Below, piece after piece: positions 1-9,158 of a stretch of DNA of 30,737 nt (its first letter is position 1; the number at the start of each line of letters is the position of its first letter). This DNA comes from a virus. Taxonomy: Duplodnaviria > Caudoviricetes. Where the stretch lies: positions 1 to 30,737 of IMG/VR virus record IMGVR_UViG_3300011335_000651; one strand, written 5' to 3'. The notes beneath the pieces are model-generated. The model had not been told where the DNA came from and made no database searches. It was given only the letters and a program-made list of their open reading frames with translations. The position numbers were made by a program, and so were the translations under genes.

Positions 1-1878
1 GTAACTTACACTAAGGTCCCCAGGGGTCGCGAATGTCACAACGGGAGTGAATGTGCCTTCGTCATAATAGTTTAGTGCGTCCTGGCCGAAATTAATACTA
101 GTGGCGGTAGCCACACCGAGTACTGGGGTAACTAATGTTGGGCTAGTCGCGTGTACGTTAGCTCCAGTGCCTGTCTCATCTGTCAATAAAGAAGCTAAAT
201 TAGCACTCGAAGAGGTGGTCATGAATGTACGCATTGCAGAAGATAAATCGGCTAGTGCCGCAGTTCCAGAGCCTGTAAAATATGGTAACTTATCTGCCGC
301 ACTGGTTAATCCTGCAATTGCTGCTAACTCTGCATCGTACGCCTGTACGTTTGTTCCTATCGCTACCTCTAATGTAGTCCTAGCTGTAGCTGCATCAGCA
401 TCGTCTAATACGCTGCGAGCAAAGCTAGTACATGTAATTTCTTCTACGTCTCCACTGCCTGCAGTACTCCGCCCTAGCAATTTATCTGTAGCGCTTACAT
501 TCTGCATTTTAGCGTATGTAACGGCGTCGTTTGCAATTGTCGTAGCATTTGACCCTGCGGATGCCGTTACGTCACCTGTTAACGCTGCACGTTGTAATAG
601 GGGTGTTCCATCAACATACTTTAATGAAGAATCGACCATCGCACCTACGGCGTCTTGGGCTAATTCTGTTAACGTTGTTCCTAGCAGTATTTGTTGTTTC
701 CAATTTGTACTGTCATAGGCTAAATATAATTGAACTTCTCCCGCACCAATTGTCGTAGGGGAGTTTACTCCTAACCCTACGCTGTCCCCACTTGCGGGGA
801 ATACTTGGAGGGTGTTGGCTCCGTTATTTATAATCCAAATATTTTTACCCGCAGAAGCAGCCATCAAAGTAACGGTGTCATTAGTGTTAGCTACAGTGCT
901 TACTTCATTTATCTCCGCAGTTAAAGCCCCCTGTCCTTGCGTCTGTGTAGTACTGGCAGTGATGCCGGTTATAACTTTTCTATGTAGATATGTATCGATA
1001 TTAACATCCGTCAAGTGGGTAAATGCTCTCCCTGAGGTTGCAATTTTGTAAACCTGGTTGACGTTTAATCCGTTTGTTGTAGCAAAAATAAAATTGTTAC
1101 TATCAAAATTAGCTAGTCCCATGGACCAAGCTACTGCACCGTCAGTGCCATAAGATACTGCGGCATTGGCTAATGCGCTCGCGCCGTTCTCGTCACTCAT
1201 TACGCGTATTTCCGCGGATGACCTCAAGCCTACAAACTCCGCCGAAAACGCCGAGCTCCCCGCCCCTGATTGAGTAAATGAAAACTGGTCTAGGCCGCCT
1301 GCAGGTACTGTGAATACTAGTGGGTTAGATGACGAGTCAGAGGCCACTGTACTGTCAGAGGCCACTGTACTACCGTTGAAGGAGATATTATCAACTGTTA
1401 GGTCCCCGACTATATCTACACTGCCCGCACCGTCTGTAGTGAACCCAGAATCCCCTCCAAACTCTCCATTACTGTTGTATTGGATTTGAGTGTTGCTCCC
1501 CCCAGGGCTTGCTACAGAAAGCGCTGCTACGTCTCTTAAACTTGTCTTTCTGATTCTGGATAGGTCGGATGCGTCCGCTATTAAAATTTCGTCTTCTAAG
1601 GCTGCTTGAGCGTTAATCTGTCCAGTAATGTCAACCGCTACGTCATTAGCGTTAACTACTATCCCTGCGCCCTCACCTACGTTAACTGTGCTTACTACCC
1701 CAGTGCCTTCAATACCTGCTCCAGCTATAACGGTGTTATCTGCGCCTGTACCACTATCTAAATCCCCAACGCTGGAAATAAAGGCGCGTAAGAATTCATA
1801 CCAAACAGGATGAATGACTCCTTGTTCATTAGTGAGTGGTAAACCTACGGAGGGTATCTTTTTTACAGTGTTGACCAA
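1..1878 (-). CDS. Tail fibre / receptor-binding protein, 3' truncated at window edge (at least 626 codons)
   Basis: Not in the ORF track. Manual translation from TTG at 1878 (MVNTVKKIPSVGLPLTNEQGVIHPVWYEFLRAF...) stays open to base 1. It is Gly/Ala/Thr/Ser-rich with fibre-type motifs PGGSNTQIQYN, LTGDVTASAGSNATT, VQAYDAELAAIAGL and YYDEGTFTP, and lies directly downstream of the gp10-like gene. Confidence 0.85.
   Translation of the reverse strand, partial: MVNTVKKIPSVGLPLTNEQGVIHPVWYEFLRAFISSVGDLDSGTGADNTVIAGAGIEGTGVVSTVNVGEGAGIVVNANDVAVDITGQINAQAALEDEILIADASDLSRIRKTSLRDVAALSVASPGGSNTQIQYNSNGEFGGDSGFTTDGAGSVDIVGDLTVDNISFNGSTVASDSTVASDSSSNPLVFTVPAGGLDQFSFTQSGAGSSAFSAEFVGLRSSAEIRVMSDENGASALANAAVSYGTDGAVAWSMGLANFDSNNFIFATTNGLNVNQVYKIATSGRAFTHLTDVNIDTYLHRKVITGITASTTQTQGQGALTAEINEVSTVANTNDTVTLMAASAGKNIWIINNGANTLQVFPASGDSVGLGVNSPTTIGAGEVQLYLAYDSTNWKQQILLGTTLTELAQDAVGAMVDSSLKYVDGTPLLQRAALTGDVTASAGSNATTIANDAVTYAKMQNVSATDKLLGRSTAGSGDVEEITCTSFARSVLDDADAATARTTLEVAIGTNVQAYDAELAAIAGLTSAADKLPYFTGSGTAALADLSSAMRTFMTTSSSANLASLLTDETGTGANVHATSPTLVTPVLGVATATSINFGQDALNYYDEGTFTPVVTFATPGDLSVSY
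1336..1371. repeat. Perfect 18-bp tandem duplication (GTCAGAGGCCACTGTACT x2), in frame, encoding STVASD twice
   Basis: Read directly at 1336-1353 and 1354-1371. Confidence 0.95.
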
Positions 1879-1890
1879 TTTATTCTATTC

Positions 1891-3354
1891 CTACCAGCTA
1901 CCGGCTTGAGCCCTAACGCTGGATTGCATAATTATTATGTCCACTGGGTCTGAAACTCTAAACTCGATTACCCAGTTTCTACTAGTGCCTAATTTTGATT
2001 TTTGGACTTTGAAATCGTATTCCCCTAACGGCCCTAACTTTAGAAACTCTTCTGTTTCAAATGTGTTGCCTCCGTTCAAGGAGTATCTTAACATCATGAT
2101 TGGGTCTCTGCCTTGTCCGGTAGTCTTTCCGAATCCTGAATTGACATCTATCTCTAGTTCGTAGACAGATATGTTTTTTAGTTCTTGATTAAGGATTGGA
2201 GATATTCTGCGGCATTCCCTTATCAGCCCATCGTCGGTGGTTACTGAAGAGTCTTCTTTGAATATCTTACCAGAGTACCAGTCCCCTAAAAGGTTCATGC
2301 CTTTAAACTGAGCTGCGCATTTTCCTCTGTAGACACTTTGTTTTTTGCTTCCATCTACGTCTAAGGCTGGTTTTTGGGACTGTCTCTCGTGCCATAGCCC
2401 TGTTGACATGTCGTAAACTAGAGTAGTATTTAATGAGGGAAAGTGAAGGTTATAAAATATGTGTCCATCCTTGGAGATAAATACATAACCCTCAGCATCC
2501 TCATTTGTCTGTTCGTTAATCTTGCTACATATTGCGGGAGTAGATATGGGGTTGAGAGCATAGTTAGTGCCCATCATGTAAATTTCTGAGCCCCCATTTG
2601 TACTCCTACCTAGGAAGAATACTCCTCCGTGCCAAGAGGCTATACTGTCTCTTGCGGTTAATCCATAATAAATTGATGTTCTGGCTTGACGAATAAATGG
2701 GGTTTCTCCATCATTTATGTAAACCTCAATAGTGTCTGAACCAAAGCAATATATCTCTTCTCTGAATGTTGCTACTGCTTTCACTTTGTCAGACTTAAAA
2801 GAAGGAGTAAAGAAATTAAGCCCATCCCAGGTTAGTCCTTCGCCTAACTCAGAAAATGTGACTCGGCCATTATTATCTGATATGATGAAATAACCGTCTG
2901 CGTATGCTAATGTTCCACCGCCTGGGTAATCTGTGTCAGTAATTCTTGTTAATACGTTTGTTCCTAAATCAAATATGTACCCTGCTTGAGGGTCTTGAAT
3001 CATTAGTTCACTGTTATTATTGATTTCCATGTACACTTTAGATTTAGTGCCGGAAGTAATACCTGTTAGAGTACCTCTAGAAGTCATTGTGCCGTCATAA
3101 AACACTTCGTATAAAGTAGTATCCACCACCGCGAAACATCTTTCTTCTGTTAATGTTCTAGCAGTAAATATCCCTCTCACACAGCTTCCAGTGGCTTCTG
3201 CATGTTCTGTTAAGCCTGGTCTTGGGACTAAAGCTATTTTGGTTTTATCCCTCTCCTCGTCTTTAGATACTTTAGGGTACCAATTAATTGTACGTTGGGA
3301 GTTCCAATCTTTAAACTTCTGTTCGTATGTACCGCCAAGTAAATCAATTATCAT
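1891..3354 (-). CDS. P22 gp10-like packaged-DNA stabilisation / tail hub protein
   Basis: 487 aa. N-terminal QRTINWYP..LVPRPGL, YDMSTGLWHER, LLGDWYSGKI and C-terminal LRYSLNGGNTF..FRVSDPV match the gp10 family as I recall it. Position follows the gp4-like gene. Confidence 0.8.
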   Translation of the reverse strand: MIIDLLGGTYEQKFKDWNSQRTINWYPKVSKDEERDKTKIALVPRPGLTEHAEATGSCVRGIFTARTLTEERCFAVVDTTLYEVFYDGTMTSRGTLTGITSGTKSKVYMEINNNSELMIQDPQAGYIFDLGTNVLTRITDTDYPGGGTLAYADGYFIISDNNGRVTFSELGEGLTWDGLNFFTPSFKSDKVKAVATFREEIYCFGSDTIEVYINDGETPFIRQARTSIYYGLTARDSIASWHGGVFFLGRSTNGGSEIYMMGTNYALNPISTPAICSKINEQTNEDAEGYVFISKDGHIFYNLHFPSLNTTLVYDMSTGLWHERQSQKPALDVDGSKKQSVYRGKCAAQFKGMNLLGDWYSGKIFKEDSSVTTDDGLIRECRRISPILNQELKNISVYELEIDVNSGFGKTTGQGRDPIMMLRYSLNGGNTFETEEFLKLGPLGEYDFKVQKSKLGTSRNWVIEFRVSDPVDIIIMQSSVRAQAGSW

Positions 3355-3356
3355 AT

Positions 3357-4301
3357 TTAGTGGTACCCAGATGGTAATAAAAATAAAGGGTCTTCGTCTG
3401 AATCGAAGTCCCTTGCTATTGTTTTGTATTCGTCTGCTTTCGCTTGGATAATAGGTAGTTCTTGGAATTTACCGTATGCTACCATTAGCTCTGCAGCTAG
3501 CCCATAAATTAAGGGAAGCGTCCATTCTGTAGGAAAGTCTACGCTATCTGTTCCGTTGTCTACATCTTCGATTGCTTCATGATATGTAAACTCTATTAGT
3601 ATGTTCACATCATCTGGACGTGGGAAGACATATAGCTTTCCTGCTCCTAATAGCTTGTCGTAATAGAAGTTACATGGTGCACCATCAGTAGTTTTAAGAG
3701 GTATGTTAAAATACTCTGCGTAACCTATTTGTTCTACATGGGTGGATATCTTTTGTTCATCTAATTGGACTCTTCTCATATCTAAGATACGTAAAGGTCT
3801 ATCGCTGATTTTATTTGTGTAAGCTATTACCGTGTTGCCCGCGGCGGCTGCACCGGTTAATGCTGCTGTTATTGTAACCTGAGTAGTACTATCTACGCTT
3901 ACGATTGTGGTCCATTGTCTGGTGCCACCATCTAGTTCTATGCCGATATTATCGGCTGCTGTCATACCAGTAGTACTAGTAAGAGATAAGACAGTTTGTC
4001 CACTTGCTTCTGCTGTTGAAATCGTTGTATCGACAAATGTATTAGCACAGTGGTCTCCACTGGCAGAGATTGAGTATTGCTCATCTTGGTAGGCCGTAAA
4101 TAGAATAGCCTGCCTGCGGTTCCATAATTGAATCCCTTCCGCTTGCCACAGTTTAATCATGCTCTGAAAGATATCTACCGCGAATGCGTGGTCGTCCCCT
4201 CTAGAGGCCTGGTTTAAATTGACTATGTTTGCCATGTGCATAGCGCGTTTTATAATTGTATCGCGGTCTAAGGCAAAGTTAAAACTGTTACTGGTAGCCA
4301 T
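3357..4301 (-). CDS. Head-to-tail adaptor (P22 gp4-like) with an inserted beta-rich domain
   Basis: IIKRAM..MIKLWQAEG N-terminus, KLYVFPRPD, DFPTEWTLPLIYGLAAEL C-terminus, and a Thr/Ala/Gly-rich central insert. Position immediately upstream of the gp10-like gene. Confidence 0.65.
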   Translation of the reverse strand: MATSNSFNFALDRDTIIKRAMHMANIVNLNQASRGDDHAFAVDIFQSMIKLWQAEGIQLWNRRQAILFTAYQDEQYSISASGDHCANTFVDTTISTAEASGQTVLSLTSTTGMTAADNIGIELDGGTRQWTTIVSVDSTTQVTITAALTGAAAAGNTVIAYTNKISDRPLRILDMRRVQLDEQKISTHVEQIGYAEYFNIPLKTTDGAPCNFYYDKLLGAGKLYVFPRPDDVNILIEFTYHEAIEDVDNGTDSVDFPTEWTLPLIYGLAAELMVAYGKFQELPIIQAKADEYKTIARDFDSDEDPLFLLPSGYH

Positions 4302-5359
4302 TACGTTTTGCTCACTCCATACATATAAATAGAACCACTGGTAATATTACCTGTTACAAATCGGAATCTTACTCCTGTAACAGCCGCTGCGGACACTCTT
4401 CGAGCTGCAAGATGTTGAAACACAAGTGCTCCTGCGGCATTGATGACACTAAAGTTACCTGTGAAGTTTGTGTGACCGGTGCCGGATGGGTTATACAGAG
4501 TCAATTCACCACTTAGTGCCTCTCCTGCTGCATTGCCTACTCCGGTAGCCAAATTAATAGAATCGTCTGCGTTATCTCCGGTTTGAACGTCTACTGCTGC
4601 CGAGTTTAATCCACCGAAAATCCATTCATAGTCACTTACGCCTGTATCCCAGTTAGTATTATCGGCGGACGTTAAAATCTCTAGGCGCGTATTATCTGTG
4701 GCAGGTATTATGTCATTTAATATAAAAATTACTTTACTATAGTTTCCTATTGCAGTAAAATCTAGCGTGGCGCTGGCGCTTGCGGTTTGAGAAGATATAA
4801 ATCGTACTGCTCCTAAATTTCCTATGCTTTGAGCCGTTACATATCTGTATGCATCGCTGTTGGAAGTATCCTTGATGAGAACCTTGTCATCAGTTGCGAC
4901 CGTTGCGCTGGAGGGAGTTGTTAACGTGGTGGCGTTGCTGCCTGCACTGGCTGTCACATCTCCTGTCAAAGCTGCTCTAGATAACAAAGGAGTGCTATCG
5001 GTATATACTAGTGTAGTATCTACCATGCCGCCTACGGCGTCTTGTGCTTGTTCGTCGGAGTATGCTGCTAAATCTGCAACGCTTTGCGCTGTGACGTATT
5101 TTAATGCGTCGCTATCACTGGTATCTTTTATGAGAACTTTATCGTTTGTTGCCACAGTGACGCTGGACGGAGTATCTATTCTCCAGATATCCCCAGAAGA
5201 GGAAACTGTGATGTCTCCTTTGTCCCCGTCAGTAATCGACAGTGTTCCTACTGTTAGTCTACCTGTAGTTCCACTGACTTTTTCCCCTAAAACTGTGTCA
5301 CCTGCTTCTAATGTTCCTACACTGGCTAATTGATTATATTTAACTGGGTCTACGGCCAT
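4301..5359 (-). CDS. Tail-fibre-like virion protein
   Basis: 352 aa with DGDKGDITVS, an internal ~35-aa repeat and a C-terminal domain ending GNITSGSIYMYG. Shares a ~41-aa block with the fibre at 1-1878. Confidence 0.7.
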   Translation of the reverse strand: MAVDPVKYNQLASVGTLEAGDTVLGEKVSGTTGRLTVGTLSITDGDKGDITVSSSGDIWRIDTPSSVTVATNDKVLIKDTSDSDALKYVTAQSVADLAAYSDEQAQDAVGGMVDTTLVYTDSTPLLSRAALTGDVTASAGSNATTLTTPSSATVATDDKVLIKDTSNSDAYRYVTAQSIGNLGAVRFISSQTASASATLDFTAIGNYSKVIFILNDIIPATDNTRLEILTSADNTNWDTGVSDYEWIFGGLNSAAVDVQTGDNADDSINLATGVGNAAGEALSGELTLYNPSGTGHTNFTGNFSVINAAGALVFQHLAARRVSAAAVTGVRFRFVTGNITSGSIYMYGVSKT

Positions 5360-5370
5360 GCTTTTTCCTT

Positions 5371-5739
5371 TTAAGAGACGGATATATAGACGTCTTCGTC
5401 TTGGCTCAATGTGATTATCTGTTCGTCGCTTTGAGACGTACTGATATATAGATAACTGCTTATTTGTTCTACTGTCTGAGCTTCTAGGTCATATATCGGA
5501 GCTGAATTTTCAACGTTTGTGTGATTTATTCTGGTCCACGGAATATTTTTTTCAACTGTTACTTTGTATGGGATTAAACCTGAGTCGACCTTATCTGCGT
5601 CTTTTGGACAAACAATTAAGCCTCCGCGTCCCGTATAAGTCGAGAGCTTAGAGGCTTCTGAAGCGTAGCATTTCTGTCCACATATGTCACAAAATACTAC
5701 CCAGTCCCCTATCCTTCCTGGGCTAAATCTATCCGCCAT
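5371..5739 (-). CDS. Small Cys-motif (possible Zn-binding) protein of the structural module
   Basis: FCDICGQKC...GLIVCPKD, 122 aa, co-oriented with the late genes. Confidence 0.6.
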   Translation of the reverse strand: MADRFSPGRIGDWVVFCDICGQKCYASEASKLSTYTGRGGLIVCPKDADKVDSGLIPYKVTVEKNIPWTRINHTNVENSAPIYDLEAQTVEQISSYLYISTSQSDEQIITLSQDEDVYISVS

Positions 5740-5744
5740 GTTAG

Positions 5745-6115
5745 CTGTCCATATGAAGTGGAGGGGAAACAGTACACATTTTCTAGAGAGTTTTAGCGTA
5801 GTTCCCCTATAAGAATTGCTCCCTAGGAGGGAGCTCAGGACTAGTTTTAGAAGTGATTTAGTCGCACTCTAGACAATTCCTATTGTCTTTCCCCTGTGTC
5901 GTTCGAGGAACCCCGGAGCATTTCTTATCGCCGTGCTCACTGGCGCGTTAGTTACCTAACAGTTTTGCTACACTACGTAGCTAGTTTCACCTGAGGCGCG
6001 CTTTCCTCTCCTCCGGGCTTAGATGATTAGCCCGCCGGTATTGATTTGTGCTTAACTAGATTGAACCTAGTCATAGGCATACCCGGAGTTCACTGGACGT
6101 TTCAGACCAGTTACA
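5745..6115 (-). ncRNA. Candidate large structured RNA (~370 nt), family unknown
   Basis: No ORF of 60 aa or more in the track. A consensus promoter lies immediately upstream. At least 8 stems, a GUAA tetraloop hairpin (5947-5960) and two H-type pseudoknots can be read by eye. Confidence 0.55.
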
Positions 6116-6120
6116 CCTTT

Positions 6121-6149
6121 ATCATAGACTATTTATTATATTTTGTCAA
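6121..6149 (-). promoter_or_regulatory. sigma70-type promoter TTGACA-17-TATGAT
   Basis: -35 at 6149-6144, -10 at 6126-6121, 17-nt spacer. Confidence 0.8.
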
Positions 6150-6169
6150 GTCTTAACTCAGGTATTTTT

Positions 6170-6559
6170 TCAATTCTGGCATATTTTAATTATGACGCTA
6201 ACTTCGTCTCCTGCATCTAGAGCTGTCGTAGTCAATAATAAGTCCCCTGTAGCCCCAGTTCCGTTAGGGTTGCCTATTCCTCCGAACGATTCAAAACAAA
6301 AATGCCCTCCATTAGCAGGATTTAACACTATTGCTGGTGAGTCAGTGTTTTGGTCCCATTCTAATCGCACGTTGCAGTCTGAGCCTGATACCCACACTTC
6401 TGTTAAACGACCTTTGGAGGTATCTGCGACAAATGCCGAATTGTCATAAACCAATAGGTCTGATTCTTCTGTCCCGTCTGATACTATATGAATATGACGT
6501 ACAATCGTCTTGTCTTTTGCTGAACCTAAGATAGTTCGCTGTGTTACTGTATTTGCCAC
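6170..6559 (-). CDS. Small beta-rich virion structural protein
   Basis: 129 aa, GTG start with GGAG upstream, motif FGGIGNPNGTGATGDLLLTT, located in the capsid module. Confidence 0.65.
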   Translation of the reverse strand: MANTVTQRTILGSAKDKTIVRHIHIVSDGTEESDLLVYDNSAFVADTSKGRLTEVWVSGSDCNVRLEWDQNTDSPAIVLNPANGGHFCFESFGGIGNPNGTGATGDLLLTTTALDAGDEVSVIIKICQN

Positions 6560-6571
6560 TATTTAATCTCC

Positions 6572-6595
6572 GAAAAGATGGCCTCCTAAGAGGCC
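6572..6595 (-). terminator. Possible intrinsic terminator/attenuator
   Basis: GGCCTC-TTAG-GAGGCC hairpin (6580-6595) followed on the minus strand by ATCTTTTC, just after the stop of 6603-7544. Confidence 0.5.
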
Positions 6596-6602
6596 TTCAA
6601 TA

Positions 6603-7544
6603 CTATGCGTCTGTAGATGCAGTAGTGTTAATTAACATGGCTTTTTCGCCAGCTAAATTACAAACATAAATTGGGTCAAACAGGTGGAAAGTTGCTCCTG
6701 TTACAGCCTCTGTGATGTTTGCTGCGTTGTCGGTAAGCATGAAATTAAGATCAGGACCTATTTTACCTGTAGAACCTGTTACCGTGTCTTTGATACACAG
6801 ATCAGCTGCGTTCTTAGTCCAGATGTAACCATCTGATATGTTCAGGTCAACAACCGCTGTGGTTCGGCAATCAATTGCACTTACTGCAAAGTTACCTACA
6901 ATCCTGAAGTTTTTAATTACTGGATTATCTAAACCTACTAAAGCGATAGCGCTGTTGGCTCCAGCTGCTGCGGCACCGTTATGAAAATAATTTTCAATAT
7001 ACAGTCTGTCTGCGTTAGCGTCTGCTAAGATAACATCGGTTGCTTGTCCAGTTACGTCTCGGTATTCACAATTCAACATAGTGCAGTCAGCTGCATTGAT
7101 ATCGATTGGAGCTACTAACGCATCTACTCCGCCTGTAAACAACATGTTAACTAGTGATACGTTAGCTGCGTCTACGTCCATATCCGCAGTTGTCGCAGTA
7201 GTGAAATTGACTCGGGCTCTTAGTGAACCGTGTCCTAACCCTACAACTGCTATTCCCGCTACATCTAAGTCTAATCCTGCGGCTGCTGTAACCGTTTCTA
7301 CATGGCCGGGCATTACGAAGATGATGTCCCCTCTAGATGCAGTACATCTACCTACTGCATAGTCGATTGAAGCGAACGGACGTTTGTATGTACCGTCGTT
7401 TCCGTTAGAACCTGCAACTCCGCCTTTGGCTAGCACACTAGAGTTATTCACAAAGAATATTTCTCCAGGGTGTGCAACTTGTAAAGGCATCCCTCTAATT
7501 ACTATTCCCTCGGCAAAGCCGTTTGGATAGCTTGATTTTCCCAT
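6603..7544 (-). CDS. Virion protein with probable pectin-lyase-like right-handed beta-helix (head fibre/decoration)
   Basis: GSNGNDGTYKRPFASIDYAV..GDIIFVMPGH is a typical beta-helix N-cap and is followed by Asn/Asp-rich strands. Strong AGGAG RBS, directly downstream of the capsid gene. Confidence 0.65.
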   Translation of the reverse strand: MGKSSYPNGFAEGIVIRGMPLQVAHPGEIFFVNNSSVLAKGGVAGSNGNDGTYKRPFASIDYAVGRCTASRGDIIFVMPGHVETVTAAAGLDLDVAGIAVVGLGHGSLRARVNFTTATTADMDVDAANVSLVNMLFTGGVDALVAPIDINAADCTMLNCEYRDVTGQATDVILADANADRLYIENYFHNGAAAAGANSAIALVGLDNPVIKNFRIVGNFAVSAIDCRTTAVVDLNISDGYIWTKNAADLCIKDTVTGSTGKIGPDLNFMLTDNAANITEAVTGATFHLFDPIYVCNLAGEKAMLINTTASTDA

Positions 7545-7560
7545 TTTTATCTCCTAATTA

Positions 7561-7601
7561 ACCCCTGTGGGGTGAACTACCTAGATTAACCAGGTAGTTC
7601 A
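7561..7601. other. Twin hairpins between the capsid gene and the next gene
   Basis: ACCCC-TGT-GGGGT (7561-7573) and TGAACTACCT-9nt-AGGTAGTTCA (7573-7601). No U-tract follows. Confidence 0.5.
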
Positions 7602-7615
7602 AATTTAATTGTTTG

Positions 7616-8536
7616 TTACGCTCCGAATGAACCGGCAATACCTCTCCAGTCGTTGAACAACATACGATACCGTTCGTAAATACTAACGATTAAATCGAAA
7701 GTATAGGGGTCGGTATGTTCTTGTCGTTGTAGACCTTTGCGGTTAACTTCTACGAGAGAGTCTTCAGCATCAGTAGTAACGAACCAGCTGTCTGAATCAG
7801 ACAAGTGTTTCCATACTACGTAATCTTTAACTACTCCGCTTTTGTTAATTGCGTTCAAGTCATTATCCGCAGTGCCTGTTCTAAGCTTAGAATCCAATAC
7901 TCGGCAAGCTTCGAATTGCAGTTGAGAAGGGACTACGAGGTAGTTTGCGTTGTACATTGATTTCAAACCATCTGGATTTAAGAACCCATCGATAAGAATA
8001 ATCATTTGTTCCAAAGCATCTTCGGAAAAGTCTGCGTCAGTAGCTGCACGGTTTGCACTGGTTCCACCTGCTTGTAACGGATGGTCAGTAGCGATAAGCA
8101 CTTTGCCGTCTGGACCGGTTTCACCTGAAGTGATTGCGTTGTTAAAGATTTCTGCACGTTTAACTTCTTTGGTATAAACCAAGGATTTAGCAATTTCTTT
8201 AGAGATACGTGGCAATACTTCTTCGATTACGTTATCGTCGATAGATTCCATAGTCATACGAGCAGCTTTCACAAATGTGTGAATTGCCCATCGAGTATTG
8301 GACTCTTGGTCGAGAGAATCGTAGGAGATGGCAGAACCTTCACCTTTACGTGATGCTTCACCCATTCCGGCCAGAGTGATGGCTTCATAGAAACCCTTCT
8401 CATTGCTGGATTTCTTGGTGAACAATTTATCACCAACCATGCCGTATATCTTGTTTAAATGCGTTACTTGGTCATCTACGCCATACTGAAGGGCACGAGG
8501 TATACTACCAGTTGTAAATCTTCCTGAATTAGCCAT
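7616..8536 (-). CDS. Major capsid protein (HK97 fold, gpT-like family)
   Basis: 306 aa. KGEGSAISYD, PDGKVLIATDHPL, LVVPSQLQFEA, SDSDSWFV and C-terminal DWRGIAGSFGA are characteristic of this capsid family. Confidence 0.9.
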   Translation of the reverse strand: MANSGRFTTGSIPRALQYGVDDQVTHLNKIYGMVGDKLFTKKSSNEKGFYEAITLAGMGEASRKGEGSAISYDSLDQESNTRWAIHTFVKAARMTMESIDDNVIEEVLPRISKEIAKSLVYTKEVKRAEIFNNAITSGETGPDGKVLIATDHPLQAGGTSANRAATDADFSEDALEQMIILIDGFLNPDGLKSMYNANYLVVPSQLQFEACRVLDSKLRTGTADNDLNAINKSGVVKDYVVWKHLSDSDSWFVTTDAEDSLVEVNRKGLQRQEHTDPYTFDLIVSIYERYRMLFNDWRGIAGSFGA

Positions 8537-9141
8537 TATTCTGCTACTCCTGCTACGCCTGCGTCATTGAACGCTTGGTTTTGGTTAATACATACTAGAA
8601 CGTCTTGGTTTGCTACGCCTACTTCGTTGCTAGGCTTGTCTACAAATCCAATGATTCTTAGCTGTAACCCTGCTGTAGCTGCTGCGGTACTGGAATCTAC
8701 TTCCATAGCAGATAGGCCTGTGATAGTGCTTCCAGAGCCCACTATGAGGTCCGCGTTGGTTCCAATTGAGGCTACAGACAACGTTTCTGTGTCATCGTCT
8801 GCTTGCATACGGTATACATCTAGAGGATGTGCTGGTTTAACCATACAGTACATTGCAGTTGAAGCTGGACGGTGTCTTCTGCCCAAGTCCATACCGGATG
8901 CTACTGTGTGTTGTTGGAATCCCATTATGACACCGAAAATCGGGTCGGTAGCTGCTGCTTGGATTACTGCAGGAGCGTATGGGCCTCCGTTAATTTTAAC
9001 TGAATCTAAATCCGCTAGTTTAACCGCATCACCTACGAAAGTAGCTGTAGCGTTACCACTAGGGATGACACATAAAATACAGTTTGATTGACTGTTATCT
9101 TCATGTAATGCGAGCCCGTAAGCTGCGTCTACGTTTGCCAT
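8536..9141 (-). CDS. Capsid decoration/cement-like protein
   Basis: MANVDAAYGL.., FVGDAVKL, TGLSAMEVD, LQLRIIG. Translationally coupled to the capsid gene (TAATG overlap). Confidence 0.65.
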   Translation of the reverse strand: MANVDAAYGLALHEDNSQSNCILCVIPSGNATATFVGDAVKLADLDSVKINGGPYAPAVIQAAATDPIFGVIMGFQQHTVASGMDLGRRHRPASTAMYCMVKPAHPLDVYRMQADDDTETLSVASIGTNADLIVGSGSTITGLSAMEVDSSTAAATAGLQLRIIGFVDKPSNEVGVANQDVLVCINQNQAFNDAGVAGVAE

Positions 9142-9158
9142 TGTTTATGTCCTTTTGT

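Noticed and set aside
5745-6115. Assignment as tmRNA, RNase P RNA or group I intron
   Set aside because: GGAGGAGAGGAAAG recalls RNase P, but the following UCCGG and a proper P4 partner are missing. There are no tRNA-Ala-like ends or convincing tag frame for tmRNA. GACUA/UAGUC are only 15 nt apart, too close for a group I P7-P3-P8 core.
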